A stretch of 63,062 nt of DNA, filler included. It is 15 parts of 15 records of this genome, joined end to end, with 100 filler letters (N's around TTAATTAATTAA, not from the genome) between each part and the next. Parts side by side here need not be neighbours in the genome. Positions count along the whole stretch, not along the records: positions 7,026 to 11,727 come from SRR9670534_991; positions 11,828 to 14,722 come from SRR9670534_1003; positions 14,823 to 18,795 come from SRR9670534_1009; positions 18,896 to 23,113 come from SRR9670534_1026; positions 23,214 to 26,212 come from SRR9670534_1027; 10 more parts are not named here. One strand, 5' to 3'. Under the pieces are notes generated by a model. It saw only the letters and a program-made list of their open reading frames with translations. It made no database searches and was not told the DNA's origin. The first letter of the stretch is position 1. Each line of letters opens with the position of its first letter. Made by a program: the position numbers and the translations under genes. This document shows, one piece after another, positions 10,881-23,507 of this stretch.

Positions 10881-12191
10881 ACATGACATGTGTCATATTT
10901 CTAGGTCGTATAAAATATTTAGCGCCAGTCAAATCTTCCACGTGCTATGGATAATGTTACTGTTACTTATAGCCTATAAGTTATAGGTAGTTTTGTTGAC
11001 TTGCCAATTATGATATCATATTTGCAGATCAGTTGTCAATATACATACAACCATTCAGTTGCAACAGTATGTACAATATCTCTGAATAAACTGAATGAAC
11101 CATAAAGTAGTACACGCATAGGTACAATGTACAATGTAGTAGTCTACCAGGTACCTATTGAAATATTATAAAATCATATAACTTCTTACATCATTGAATG
11201 ATACCAAGGCCATACCTACACCATACCTACAGTGTAGGTATGGCCTTGAATGATACTGTATTTCGCCCACATACTCTTCAAGGAAATCGTACAATTCAAG
11301 GCGATACCTAAGCTGTTTAGTTAGGTATCGCCTTGGTACAATTGGATGAAGTATAGAAAAACAAGTACCTATAGTAATTGAATGAAGTATAGTATTACCT
11401 AGGTACATACCAATAATTCGTGGAGGATACAGTATCCAATGGATGCTATGCATGCTTGATTGCGTAAAAATGGAAAAGGCACAAGATTCCTTAATTTTAA
11501 GCATTGCAAAAGTGAACTATACAAAATTGTCTCGCCAAGCACTTCCCTGGAATTTAGTACAATGTGTTGTTCGTATAGTAGACTACTATTAGTAGTGCCC
11601 TTTTAAGTTAAAAGTTTTAACACAATAGCAAATTCCCTAAGTGACGATTTCGTAAAAGTAATGATTAAGAAGTGTATTGAATACGAAGAGTTTAGATTCC
11701 ACAATAGATGTCGCAAAATAGAATACCNNNNNNNNNNNNNNNNNNNNNNNNNNNNNNNNNNNNNNNNNNNNTTAATTAATTAANNNNNNNNNNNNNNNNN
11801 NNNNNNNNNNNNNNNNNNNNNNNNNNNAGAATTTTATGGTACCAAATGATTCGTGGTAGGTTTTTACAGTACATTATGCCGTATTGTTACGTTGAATTTA
11901 ATAAAGGAATTTTTAGGAAGGAAGATGAATTATGGCAAAGAAATTCTTTGAAAGAATTATCCACAAAATCCATCCAGGTACTGGACTGATTTAGCGTGGT
12001 AAAATTCAGGTGAATGAAACTATTTATTAATAATAACAAACGACGGTTCATTCCTTTGGTTATGGATGAGTCATAATCACGCATGCATAAACAATTAAGA
12101 CAGAATTTGTCTCAACGAAGTTATACGTGACTTGTTTGTTTCGTTGATATTAAAGATATGATGTACTTTTTTATAATATCATATTAATAAT

Positions 12192-12252
12192 AAGAAACAA
12201 GAAAAAAGCACATCATAATATGATATTATGATGTACTTTTTTCTTGTTTCTT
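12192..12252. repeat. Near-perfect hairpin, ~29-bp stem
   Basis: AAGAAACAAGAAAAAAGCACATCATAATA-TGA-TATTATGATGTACTTTTTTCTTGTTTCTT (one mismatch). Confidence 0.85.
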
Positions 12253-13161
12253 TTAGTTTGCGTCTATTAATAATAAGACTTAATAATTAAGTAGCTATCT
12301 ACGACAATTTGTCGTCGACAAATTTGCGGTAAATTATTTCATCGACCTAACATGGTTTACACTTATTAACTAATAATTATAATTAAACGTTATATTTTAT
12401 GCCTAACTAGTAGTACTAGGTAAAAGATCATGTCACCTAACTAGTCAATCAAAGTGACTTTGTGTTTACACTTTTTAGACTATAGTATATTTTTAAAAAT
12501 TAAATTAAATTTTATTTAATTGAAATTTAAAAATAAACCAAATTTAAATTAATAACAATCAAATAACTTTGAAAGTTTATATTAAAATAAAATTAAATTA
12601 AAATAAAAAGCTAAACTTAAACTAGTAAACTAAATTAAAATTAGAAACTTTTAAATAAGTTTAATTTTTTTACAGGAAGGCAGCAGCATTTTTTAATAAG
12701 CAAGCAATTGTTATTAATAAAAGTATAACTAATTGTCTTTCACAAAAATGCAATTGTCTTTGAACTCATAAAAGTGCTGAAAATGCAGCCATGTGACTTT
12801 GCAGACAAATTTATAAACCGTCTTCAAAATGTTATTTTTTAAGGTAGTACCAGCTAATAACATATTATTAAGGATAATACTTTATTGTTATAAGAGAAAT
12901 TCTATTAGCCAATATAACATATGCTAATCGCTCACAAAGCATGTGTGTGTTACCATGGTTACTGCACTGAGCAGGCAGCATGCTTTTCCCATGCTTTTCC
13001 CGTGTGCTTTGTTAGTGGTGTATTTCCACCAATAAAGCAATAATTTATGGCCTACCGTTGGCGGGTGTGGCCTACTTTTGCACTAAATATAAGAACAATA
13101 CAAACCTTTCCATGTCTGTCAATGTTTTTATCTGATTTGAAACTCTCCTCCTTACCATCAA

Positions 13162-13740
13162 ATGGCAGTTCATGAAGAACAATTGCAAAATGTTGCCTTG
13201 AATGTCTTCAAAAATGATACCAAATTCTCGTTTACAGGTCCATTGATGAAACCAAAATATCCTCATTACAAAGATATTTGGCAAAGATCCCCGACCTTTG
13301 GGAGTTCCTTTTACCCTCATGATCAACCCTCAGATGACTATTTTGAGGGTTTGGCGGTGGCTGGTTTCTTTGGCACCAATGTTACAGATGGTGGCCATGC
13401 TATATGTTGTTATGTTTGTGGTCTCAAAATAAATCCGTGGATGGATGTTATTTCTGATATTTGGACTATACATGCAAAAAAGTCACCGTTTTGCATTCAT
13501 GTGCTCTTCAACAAAGGAACAAAATTCGTTTCCAGATCAATTGAAGGTAACGCAAATGGAATTGCAGAAGAATTTGTCTCTATTCATCAGAATAATTTTG
13601 CACCACAAGTTGAATTGTTTCCATGCCATCATAGCTTTTCTCCAGAGGTGGCTGTTAGTTTACAAACCTGCCCAGCACCTGGCTGTGGAAGACAAATTGA
13701 AAAAAAGGTATTTCATGAAATGGAGTTTTCAGGGCCATAA
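13162..13740 (+). CDS. Intronless inhibitor-of-apoptosis-like protein: one BIR domain plus degenerate RING remnant
   Basis: QRSPTF...P...LAVAGFF...CYVCG...W...DIWTIHAKKSPFC retains the CCHC zinc ligands. The C-terminal FPCHH...CPAPGCGRQI resembles the second half of an IAP RING. Confidence 0.85.
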   Translation: MAVHEEQLQNVALNVFKNDTKFSFTGPLMKPKYPHYKDIWQRSPTFGSSFYPHDQPSDDYFEGLAVAGFFGTNVTDGGHAICCYVCGLKINPWMDVISDIWTIHAKKSPFCIHVLFNKGTKFVSRSIEGNANGIAEEFVSIHQNNFAPQVELFPCHHSFSPEVAVSLQTCPAPGCGRQIEKKVFHEMEFSGP

Positions 13741-14917
13741 ACTAACTTAAGTCTTGAAGGTCCTTAACTAAATTTGTTATCACCCTATGATGTTATTAAT
13801 AACAAATTTATCTTAAGCAATTTCGCACTTCTATAATCTGTCACTTTTTTCAATAATTTGTTCTGCTACGGTTATTATAATAATTTACTAGTAAAAACAA
13901 TGCCTTGTTGGTGGTTTTGATCATGTGACATATGTATACACCCACATAACCAGATTGGACACCTACTCATTTCTTTGTCTGTTTGTTGTCTTTTGTATGT
14001 GTTAAGCGACATCATTTAGCCACTTACCAAGCTTCCAGTGGTGGATACAGAAATTCATCATAGTCTATGAACAAAGAAAGATATTTTAAAAACGCTATTT
14101 TTTTAAAATGACCTTTTTAAAGTCTTGAAAATGAGCTAATTTCTAAAATTTTTAAAATTTTACTCTATGCATACGCAATTTTTTAATCTTTCAAAAATTT
14201 ACAATATGGTAGTACATATTATTACTGTATCTGCCTAATTTTCTAACCCCTTCTATTGTGGCATGCTGTTATTAATATGCTTACATCTTGTTATTATAAA
14301 TCTAATCAATGATTACATCTAGGTTATTATAGATCTAATCATTGAATCATTAGTAATCATGCAACTTTGTGAGGATATGCATATTATTAATTAATGTACA
14401 TCAGATTCTGTGTTGCAAATAATACTATAATTTGCAATATTACATTATTATAATTCTACAATTTTTCATCTGTGCTGCAAATAGTGTGTTAGTGTTAGTG
14501 TTAATTTTATTCATGCTTATTAGCTTAGAACAAAAATGTACTATTACAAAGCCTGATAATATTATGATTCACAATTCCCGAACAGCAATAATAAGAAAAA
14601 TTACATTACAGTTCAACTTAATTGGCTAGGTAATAATATAAGTATAGAAAAAATCATCCAGCTGGATGATCTAGATCCTAGTATACTAGATAATTAATGT
14701 AATTAATAATTAATGTAATTAANNNNNNNNNNNNNNNNNNNNNNNNNNNNNNNNNNNNNNNNNNNNTTAATTAATTAANNNNNNNNNNNNNNNNNNNNNN
14801 NNNNNNNNNNNNNNNNNNNNNNATTTTAAAAATTTAAAAATTTTTAAAAATTACTAATATGTAATAATATTAAATGATATCAATATGCAATAATAATAAA
14901 TGATAGGTATGTCATAC

Positions 14918-17433
14918 TTATTCAATAGTTTGTACAGCATATCTTGATCTAAAGTATTGGAATTCCAAGAATCCATCTCTCTAAATTCATTTTCAATTTG
15001 AGCAAACCTTGTTCTAACTAACTCTCTAACAGCTGCACTTAAATCATCGGTTGCTCTTTGATTGTCTGGTTCCTCAGTATAATCTTCCACCTGTGCATCC
15101 CCCATTACTGGTGCAATAGATTTTGCATCAAAAACGCTTTTTCCTATGCTAAAAAATATTAGTTTCCTTATAAATGCCCAGTTGTATATTTGTGAACACA
15201 AGAAACCCTACCTAGTGTCAAACTGCTCCATAAATTTTGTGTAATTTATTAACCCTTCCTCATTCAAGGGACACTTATCCAGTAAACTTTCAAACTGTTC
15301 ATCATTGATTTCCAAATTAAACCTTGACTCCAACACAGCTCTGAATTCTTCTTGTGTAATATGGTCTGTGTGGTACTTGTCTATTTTGCTAAAAAGCAAT
15401 GTTTAATAATATTTTTGAAAAATTATTATTATTAATTATAGGTAATAAGAAAACCTACTGGAATGTTGCTAAAAGATCAAGAAAGTCTGATTGAAACATA
15501 TTCATCATTTTTGATTCGATTGCAGTAATACTGGTACAAATACTGGCAGGGGCATCTTCAAATTGATTGAATTTATGATTGGGATCACTCAAAATTTTAT
15601 GAGGCATGCCTTCATCTGACCTATCCTGGAATACTTTAAGAAATTCTAGATAAGGGATTTTCAATCCCGGCTTGGCCTTCAAGTTACACCTAGCTAAAAA
15701 GTTCTCCAAATGGCTTTCAGGTAACTTCAAACCAAATTGGTTTAATACTGTAAGGAAGTCTGTATGATTTACCTAAAAATATATTTTTTTAAAAAAATTT
15801 TAAATTTTAAAAAATTAAAAAATTCATATGAATTTAAACTAAATTGATTTAAATTTATTTTATTTTACAAGGCCTGTCTTTGGTTCATCACATTCCAGAA
15901 AAGCATTCTTCATATGTAGCATTCCAGCTCTGAAATTATTCTTCAACCATTTTTCTATGTTTAATTGCAATTTTCTTTCTATCTCTCTTGGTTTGAGTAT
16001 TCTCTTGGTGTCAGCACTTGCTATTTGGACTTGGATGATTTCATTATTGCTGCCTGGTTTCTCTGTCAAGCCATTTGATAAAGGGGGTAAAGCAATGTAT
16101 TGTTCACCAGCAGACCTACTTCTTGAATGAATGCCAAGTTTCTTCATCAGTTGCTGGTTGCTTATAGCACCTTTCCCAGTGGGGTCATATTTATCCCATA
16201 ACATTTCAAAATCTTCATTTGTCATATGGAATCCCATCCTGGCTAAAACGTTTCTAAACTCCACCTTCATGATCATTTCTCTGCCAACACCAAAAGTTGG
16301 AACCAAATCGGATGTATTGATAACTTTATCCTTAATTTTCTTTCTTAGATCTTCATGTACTTTTTGCCATTCAATGTTCTTGGGATCTTTATTAGTTCGG
16401 TCGACAGGGTCAAACCACCCAGATAAATCATAATTGGCAGGTTTATTGTAGAAAAGGGCCCAAAAATCTGTAAATTTTACATCATCACCTGTTAAATGAA
16501 ATCTATCCATTAATTTGGTAAATTGGATTTGTGTAATCTGTCTGTGTAACAATAGGCCTATAATTCTATGGAGAGCATCCCTAAATTATAATGATGGTTG
16601 CTAACGGCAAAGATAATAATGGATTTCCCATCATTGTTGTGCACACTATTGACAACGTGTAATTACATTACTATTCATAAAGTAATGAATACTACAATAT
16701 TATTTACTAATATAAACAAATTATTTTATGACTTTTTACTAAACATATAGAACGAAATTAAGCAGGTTTGCAAAATTGGGCTATACTTTGTGATCACAGG
16801 GATTTCTCTGCTTTTTGGATCAGCGTTTTTGAACTTTGACCTAGCCTCATAGTAACCACCACCGCGCATTTTATCTCTCAACGCCATTTCCAACTAAATG
16901 TTTAGCTCTTATAGCAAATATCTAGTCACGTGACAATGACTCATTGAAGAAATTGTCATTGACAATGTTCTTACCTCATCAATTTCTAAACGGCTTTGAG
17001 ATGCTTTCGAAGCTTGTGAAGAAACTCTTTCACTTGCCTTAGATGCCATTCCTGCTCTTGAACCTAAATATGGTACTATGGTAACCAATGGTACTATGGT
17101 TGACAATAAGAAATACCAACCAAAAATTGGTAAAGTTGTTTTTGACGGATCTTCAGCTGCAACTGCTTCAACTCCTTCAGGGATACTTTGGTATGGGAAC
17201 ATGCCATGATGTGCATGTTTTGGTTCAGGAAAATTTAGTGAAGATGCCTTTTTCTGACCCTTTCTGGAGTAACATCTCTCACCAGAAAAGACAGGTCTAC
17301 TTCCAGGTACCATATGTACAGGTGGGGCGCTAGTAATTCCCCCCTCCATCCTAGACACCCCTCTCAAAGACAAATTTTCAGGATTGTCCAGCCTGGATGC
17401 TGGATGTTGGATTTCAGGTAAAAGCACAGACAT
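14918..17433 (-). CDS. EFCAB6: Multi-EF-hand protein, EFCAB6-like; 3' end cut by contig end
   Basis: Exons 17433-17121, 17063-16975, 16893-16787, 16580-15869, 15772-15458, 15388-15212, 15148-14918 with consistent phases. Repeated EF-hand pairs (LWDKYDPTGKGAIS, DEPKTGLVNHTDF, DKYHTDHITQEEF, NEEGLINYTKF). Orthology is by resemblance. Confidence 0.75.
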
Positions 17434-17794
17434 AATTAATAGTAAAAAAAGTTAAAATATCTGCAATACATAAATGGAAAATAATTCAAGTGTGACAGAT
17501 GATGATTGACAATAATAAAGGTCTTGTACTTTATTGTATTGATATATCAATATAATAGGAAGAGTAGGCCACGAGAGGGTTTCCAGTAGAAACCGCGTTG
17601 ACAGGGCTGGCTAAACACAACAAACAATTACCCACATTTAACATAAAAGTACTCATACATTGCAGTAAGCAACGTTTACTAGGAATATTGATTCAAAGTT
17701 TGATTGATTATTATAGAAAGAACAAGCAGTAACCATTGGTTTTCTTTATTGTTTTTCGATAAAATCATAAGAATAACAAAAACAGCATAATTTA

Positions 17795-18795
17795 CTAATC
17801 AACACCAGGCTTAAGTAACCATGGATAAAGTAAGTTACCTTTAATTATGCGCATAAAATGCTCAATAAAAGAGTAATGACGTGTTATATGGGCATTTTTG
17901 ATCTTGTAGTATTTAAAGCGTGCAAGGAAAGATGGTCCGATTTCCTAAAACAAAGCAGATCATACAGATCAATCGAATAATGTTGAAAGTAACTGTAAAT
18001 CATAGCAACGGTTCTTTGCACAAAAACATAATTTCCATGTTTGTTTGTTTATTATAAGATTAACAAAGAGGGGTTGCAATTGATTAATACTTAGCAAGAT
18101 GTTATTATATAAGTAGCAATTATGTAGTTTTTGTGATACCTTTATTGTGCATTCGTATACATTTTCATCAGTCGGAATAACCGTGATAATCTGATCGTTG
18201 AGTTCTACAAGATTTATTAAATTATTTAAAGTCACTAACTTTTATTAAATTATTTAAAAAATAAAATTTAAACAAAAAATAATAGCACTACTTTTTTCTT
18301 CAGATTCGTTCTTTAGCAATGGTAAAAACCATGGAATAGTTATTATTAGTTGAATCGTTGTATCTAATAGTAGTTGACTAGTTGAGACCAATAATCGAAT
18401 CTAAAAAAGCAATGGTTTTTTATTTTGAACAATACAACAATACAAAGACAAACTAACTTACCCCAACAAAAACAAAATGAAACAAGGCAACAGTTGGAAA
18501 GATAAAAATAGCAATAGAAAAAAGAAGTGTTCCTAAAAAAAGTTGTTGAGCATCATATTCTAAGGAATCTACACGGTTCCTTAATGGATTCCATTTTCGG
18601 CCAAGGAAAAATCTCCATAGGGATAAAAGTACATTGACTTCCAGTTTGTACAATCTACATTGTAGATTCTACAATTTATAATAAATTGCAAAAATAATAA
18701 TATGAAATAAAAAAATATAACCTGGAAGCATATACATGAAAACAATATAAATGTAATGTTAAAATTGTGATTATGTCAAATATTGCCGCCAAAAA
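17795..18795 (-). CDS. PIGQ: Phosphatidylinositol N-acetylglucosaminyltransferase subunit Q (GPI1), 3' part
   Basis: Exons 18795-18722, 18654-18462, 18400-18292, 18204-18140, 17944-17795. Motifs [43 protein letters not shown], terminal GNLLYPW. Confidence 0.93.
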
Positions 18796-19498
18796 NNNNN
18801 NNNNNNNNNNNNNNNNNNNNNNNNNNNNNNNNNNNNNNNTTAATTAATTAANNNNNNNNNNNNNNNNNNNNNNNNNNNNNNNNNNNNNNNNNNNNTTGAC
18901 TATAATATATATAAACTATAGTAAAGTAACATCAATCAACATCATGACCAAGTGAAAGAATGTTACATTGGCGTCAGAAGTCTCTGAGAGTCTCAGTAAG
19001 AGAGTAAGACTTACTGAACTCACAACAACTTGTCAGTTCAGTGAACTGAGTAAGGCTAGAAGTTATTAATAAGGTTTGAAGTTATGTAGCTACTCGGAGT
19101 ATTTGATAATTTTCAGAGTTTTCTTTGGCCCGTGATGTATCTTCCCACGACTGGTTCCTGCGCGCGCCTGACTCAGTATTACTCTATATAGAGTAAGAGA
19201 AATTTTTCCACCAATTTAAATGTCAACAATGCACTTATATGTATTTTAAACATTTCACTAATATTTTAAATATCAACAATACATCACATCAGACATCTCA
19301 TATATCATGTTTATTTTTAATAATATTGACCTGTTATAATAATATTATAAACAGAAATTTCATTATCGTTACCAATAACTTTGTTAAACGACATCGTCTA
19401 ATCATTTAACCATTATTATTATTATGTAATTTAATAAGGATGTAGTTGCTAAATAAAAATATAAATTAATTGTCACCATTATGTATATACTGCTGCTA

Positions 19499-20785
19499 TT
19501 AATAACCAATGCAATCCATGGCAGTATTTGCAAATACTCTTGGATTTGGATCAAGCTGTCTAAATTTGCGACCAACATCTTTTCTATATTGCCTGCCAGT
19601 CCGAAATTGTAACTCCATCTTAAATTCGTTCAACAGTGTCCTGATGTCGTCATTTTCTTCACTAAAATAATACACCATATGTACATATATGTCTAGTATA
19701 CGTTATAATATACGGTTATATCTATAAAGCATGCCATATTAATTATTAAAATGTATAAAATTGGGGTAAGTACCATAGATTCATGCACATAACAATGCCT
19801 TCAGGAACAGTGGAACAAGCTGTTTTTACCAACTTTCTGGCAATTTCAACATTATCTGCATACAATGGCCCAATTTGATATTGATTATCAAATAATCCAG
19901 CATGTCCAGGTCTGATACAAATGTACCCATTAATTGCTCCATTATTATCCATATGAACAGAAGTTTGCATTTGACCATGGTAATCTAACCAAGCTTCAAG
20001 AAATAATTTTCGAACTCTCTGCTTTGGCATAATATAAGCTTTGTCATCATATTCCAACAATGCTCCAAACATGGATTTATCATACTAAATGGCAACTATT
20101 ATTAAGTTGATTAATTTGCTGCTAATATATTTATTGCTCAAAAAGTTACCTTCTTTATGACAGAAGAATCCATTTCAGCTTTTGGAGAATTGAAATGATA
20201 TCTAGAAGACAAGTAGTGTGGAGCTTCATAACATTGTTTGTTCTGGTTATATTCAATAAGGTTCTCAACCGCATCTATGGCAACGACAGCATTCATCTGG
20301 TCCAGCTTTCCATAAATCACAGTTTTCATGGAATGACCAAATCCTCTGCGACGATAACTTGGATCTACTAGGTATCCTGAACCAAAATATAGTCCATCAT
20401 CTGTTACTGGGGTTCTCTGACACCAAGCTAATATGAAAATGGCCATTAGTGTTGAATTTTCTACATTAGTAGATATTACCAACAGCTTTCCCATCGAAAT
20501 GTCCAGCAACAAAATAAGGCTTGTTTATAGGATCATCACCAAAAACTTCCCATAATAATTCATAATCGTTACTTTCAAAATACCCCGCTTCTCCAAAAGA
20601 GCGAGCAATTGCTTTAGCATCGTCACGTGTCCAAGATTTAACAATAAATCCACTGTCAAATTCTTTGTAGACAACAGCTTCTCTCCTAAATGGAATATTA
20701 TTTATGATGATAATGTGATTGATCGATAAATGATCATTATGAATTGACTTATTCTATATTGTAATTATTAATACTTTTCATCCAT
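19499..20785 (-). CDS. Tandem GNAT-fold acetyltransferase (N-terminal GNAT plus YitH/Acetyltransf_18-like C-terminal domain)
   Basis: Exons 20785-20775, 20685-20480, 20427-20150, 20084-19774, 19661-19499. Motif A YLVDPSYRRRGFG; second domain LLEYDD...R..FL..W...GYICIR...IGPLYADN.EIA..L. Confidence 0.85.
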
Positions 20786-21111
20786 TGTTCTCAAGATGAG
20801 GTTACTATTGTTATGATGTTCCTCAGTTTTCAGGCTAACTACAAATTCCCACAGATTCCTATGAGTACATTTCGTGTATGTCCGACATTGAGTCAATAAA
20901 AGTTACAAGTAATTTAAAGGTTATAGCAGTGTATACAAAAAGATATCGCTATTTTTGTATTGTACAAGAGAAATTCTTCGTTAATTGACTAACTACTAAT
21001 ACACGTTAGCAACAGTTACTTAACAGTTGTTAGAAGATCTTATTGATACGCAAATGCTCATCAATTGATCACAGTAAAACTTTGATAAGGTTAACAAGTT
21101 CCCTGAAGTTA

Positions 21112-22947
21112 CTACATAGGTTTCAAATGGACATATTGACATGATTGGCCAAAGAGCCAATAAAAAGTATTGCAATTCTCCTTATACACATCTGGAGGAA
21201 TGCTACAATAAAATCTTTCAAGAAAGAACTCGCTATCACTTCTTCTCTTGGAATAAATGTGTAACAAATGACCAAGATGCTCCAAGCATTCAGCTGAAAG
21301 GGTTATTTTCAGTTCAAAATTTTCTAACTTACTATCAACATGGAATATTTTCAACAAAGCCAAAAATAAAGGATCATTTCTAGTAGAAAGAGTCAAAGTT
21401 CTATCTGTGGCAACCAGGCTAAGGCTGTTGATATTTGATGAGGGAAGTCTTGCAGCAAAAAGATCAAAGTCAGCCAACAAATCAATGGTAAATTGTAATA
21501 TTTCAATATTATTACTGAGCCAATCATTGCACAGAAAATGCTTAGTATGTGGAAAATGTATGTTTATCACTAATTCTTTAAGAGTTTCTTTCGCACACAC
21601 AGTTTGCAATAAAGTTTGAAAACTTGAAGAAGAATCACCAGATGAAGAGTCACAACAACATCTAAAGACTTGGAGTTGATTTGCAAACTTCAAGAACCTT
21701 ATGAGATTACAAGTATCTAAATCAGTCAACAAATTACTGCCAACTGAGAGTGCTTTAATGGGAGAATAAAATGAATCTGGTTGTTCCATCACATGTAGCA
21801 TATATGCAATGTCTTTATTAAAATGATCAAATATTTGAGGATCATGTTCGTGGACACTAAGTGACGTTGCATATTTAACACTACATCTTTCAAGCTGGTG
21901 CTTCATTTGCCATGCAAATAAAACTATCTTCAGCGCAATCTTTAAACCAACATTGCTGGTACTTCTGCCACTGATCTGTATGGATTTCAAAGATTTGTTG
22001 ATTCTTAATAAATTATACATTGAATTTATCAAAGTTTCATAAAAAGTAGAACCAAAACGATCCAAAAAGTTACCATCAATATGCAAAGTCAGGGTAGAAA
22101 TATAGGAAAGACTAGGACATGAAAAAAAAATTTCAAAACATTTGAAAAATTCGCCTTCAGTATTTAGAAAGGCAGTTGAATAGATACGAAATTCCAGGGA
22201 AACTTCTTTATTATTAACACCCTCTAAATGGATTACAGTAAAAAAATCAGTTAACACTTGCCATTCTTCCATATTAGCATTCCTAAAGATATTTGAAATT
22301 TCCATCCTTGTAAAACTAGGAAAATCATTATTAATAAACTGGACTAAAGCAGCTTTAGTCTGAGAATAATAATGCACTTTTGAAAATGCAGCAGATGAAA
22401 TCGTTAAGTTTTCAAATGCTTTTAAATGAGATTTCAACACATTTCTAAAAGCTGGAAGTTCATCATAAATTTTGCAAAATGACACAGCAACATGCAAAGT
22501 AGTAACATTTCGTAGTAGGTGTAAAAAACTTTCACAACTGGATAATTGATAAAAGTTATCCTTAAACTTTGCTATATTCCGTTGTACTTGCGAAAACCAG
22601 CTATTAAAAAAGTGATGCTTAAATTTCAACTGAGATAGTCCCTTATTAAAATCTATTAAGGAGTCATAGAGCCATCGATACTGTGGTACCTCCAAACTTT
22701 GCAGCAATCGTTCCCACAAGTTCTGAGAATTATAATGGGTTTTATTTTTGATGCAATAACTTTCAAGCTCAAGGATATCAAATGCATTCTTTGCAGCATA
22801 AGAAAGCTTTTTAATAATGACTTGTGGTAACACTCTGTGATGAAATAATCTTCTAACTAAAACTGCTTCAAGACAGAAGTACTGAAGGGATGGTACCTTT
22901 TCATGTTTAAAATCATCAAGAACAGGCTTCATTTGTATTATTTCCAT
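21112..22947 (-). CDS. BC-box/cullin-box protein with degenerate LRR-like body (LRRC41/MUF1-like), single coding exon
   Basis: ~611-codon open frame from MEIIQMK. VPSLQYFCLEAV is a BC-box, followed by LPQVIIKKL...ILELESYC...SQNLWERL, similar to the LRRC41/Elongin A N-terminal module. Recurrent LxxLxI motifs downstream. Confidence 0.6.
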   Translation of the reverse strand: MEIIQMKPVLDDFKHEKVPSLQYFCLEAVLVRRLFHHRVLPQVIIKKLSYAAKNAFDILELESYCIKNKTHYNSQNLWERLLQSLEVPQYRWLYDSLIDFNKGLSQLKFKHHFFNSWFSQVQRNIAKFKDNFYQLSSCESFLHLLRNVTTLHVAVSFCKIYDELPAFRNVLKSHLKAFENLTISSAAFSKVHYYSQTKAALVQFINNDFPSFTRMEISNIFRNANMEEWQVLTDFFTVIHLEGVNNKEVSLEFRIYSTAFLNTEGEFFKCFEIFFSCPSLSYISTLTLHIDGNFLDRFGSTFYETLINSMYNLLRINKSLKSIQISGRSTSNVGLKIALKIVLFAWQMKHQLERCSVKYATSLSVHEHDPQIFDHFNKDIAYMLHVMEQPDSFYSPIKALSVGSNLLTDLDTCNLIRFLKFANQLQVFRCCCDSSSGDSSSSFQTLLQTVCAKETLKELVINIHFPHTKHFLCNDWLSNNIEILQFTIDLLADFDLFAARLPSSNINSLSLVATDRTLTLSTRNDPLFLALLKIFHVDSKLENFELKITLSAECLEHLGHLLHIYSKRRSDSEFFLERFYCSIPPDVYKENCNTFYWLFGQSCQYVHLKPM

Positions 22948-23507
22948 CGTAATACTACTGTAGTACCTAGATAAAAATCTAAAAAGAACAGTAGGTATAT
23001 TTTGCAACAAAATGTAGTGTTCTTGCCTTGAAGTTAATAAATAGGTAGGTACTCAAATTAATCGAGTCGAATAGTTGGACAAATTATTCGTCTCACGAGA
23101 CCTACGTATTCATNNNNNNNNNNNNNNNNNNNNNNNNNNNNNNNNNNNNNNNNNNNNTTAATTAATTAANNNNNNNNNNNNNNNNNNNNNNNNNNNNNNN
23201 NNNNNNNNNNNNNATAATATAGTAGTATGCATATAGGTACCTATATATTGTAATACCTAAATGTACTTATTAATAAGGACTAACAAGTATTGTAGCTTAC
23301 AATTTATAAGTATCGTTCCAGTAGTTTGAACATTTGGCATAAGTGCCAAAATTCTGTATCCCTACATCGCATATTACACATCATGATAACAGAATACCGA
23401 ACCGAAGATATACCTAGTAGGTATTACCTACCTACCTATATAATGTAATGTACTGTACTGTACTATGTAATGTAATGTACTGCTTTTATAGGATGATACA
23501 TCCTTAG

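Noticed and set aside
11828-12100. Coding-like patch at the start of contig 3
   Set aside because: No frame gives a sustained or recognisable protein.
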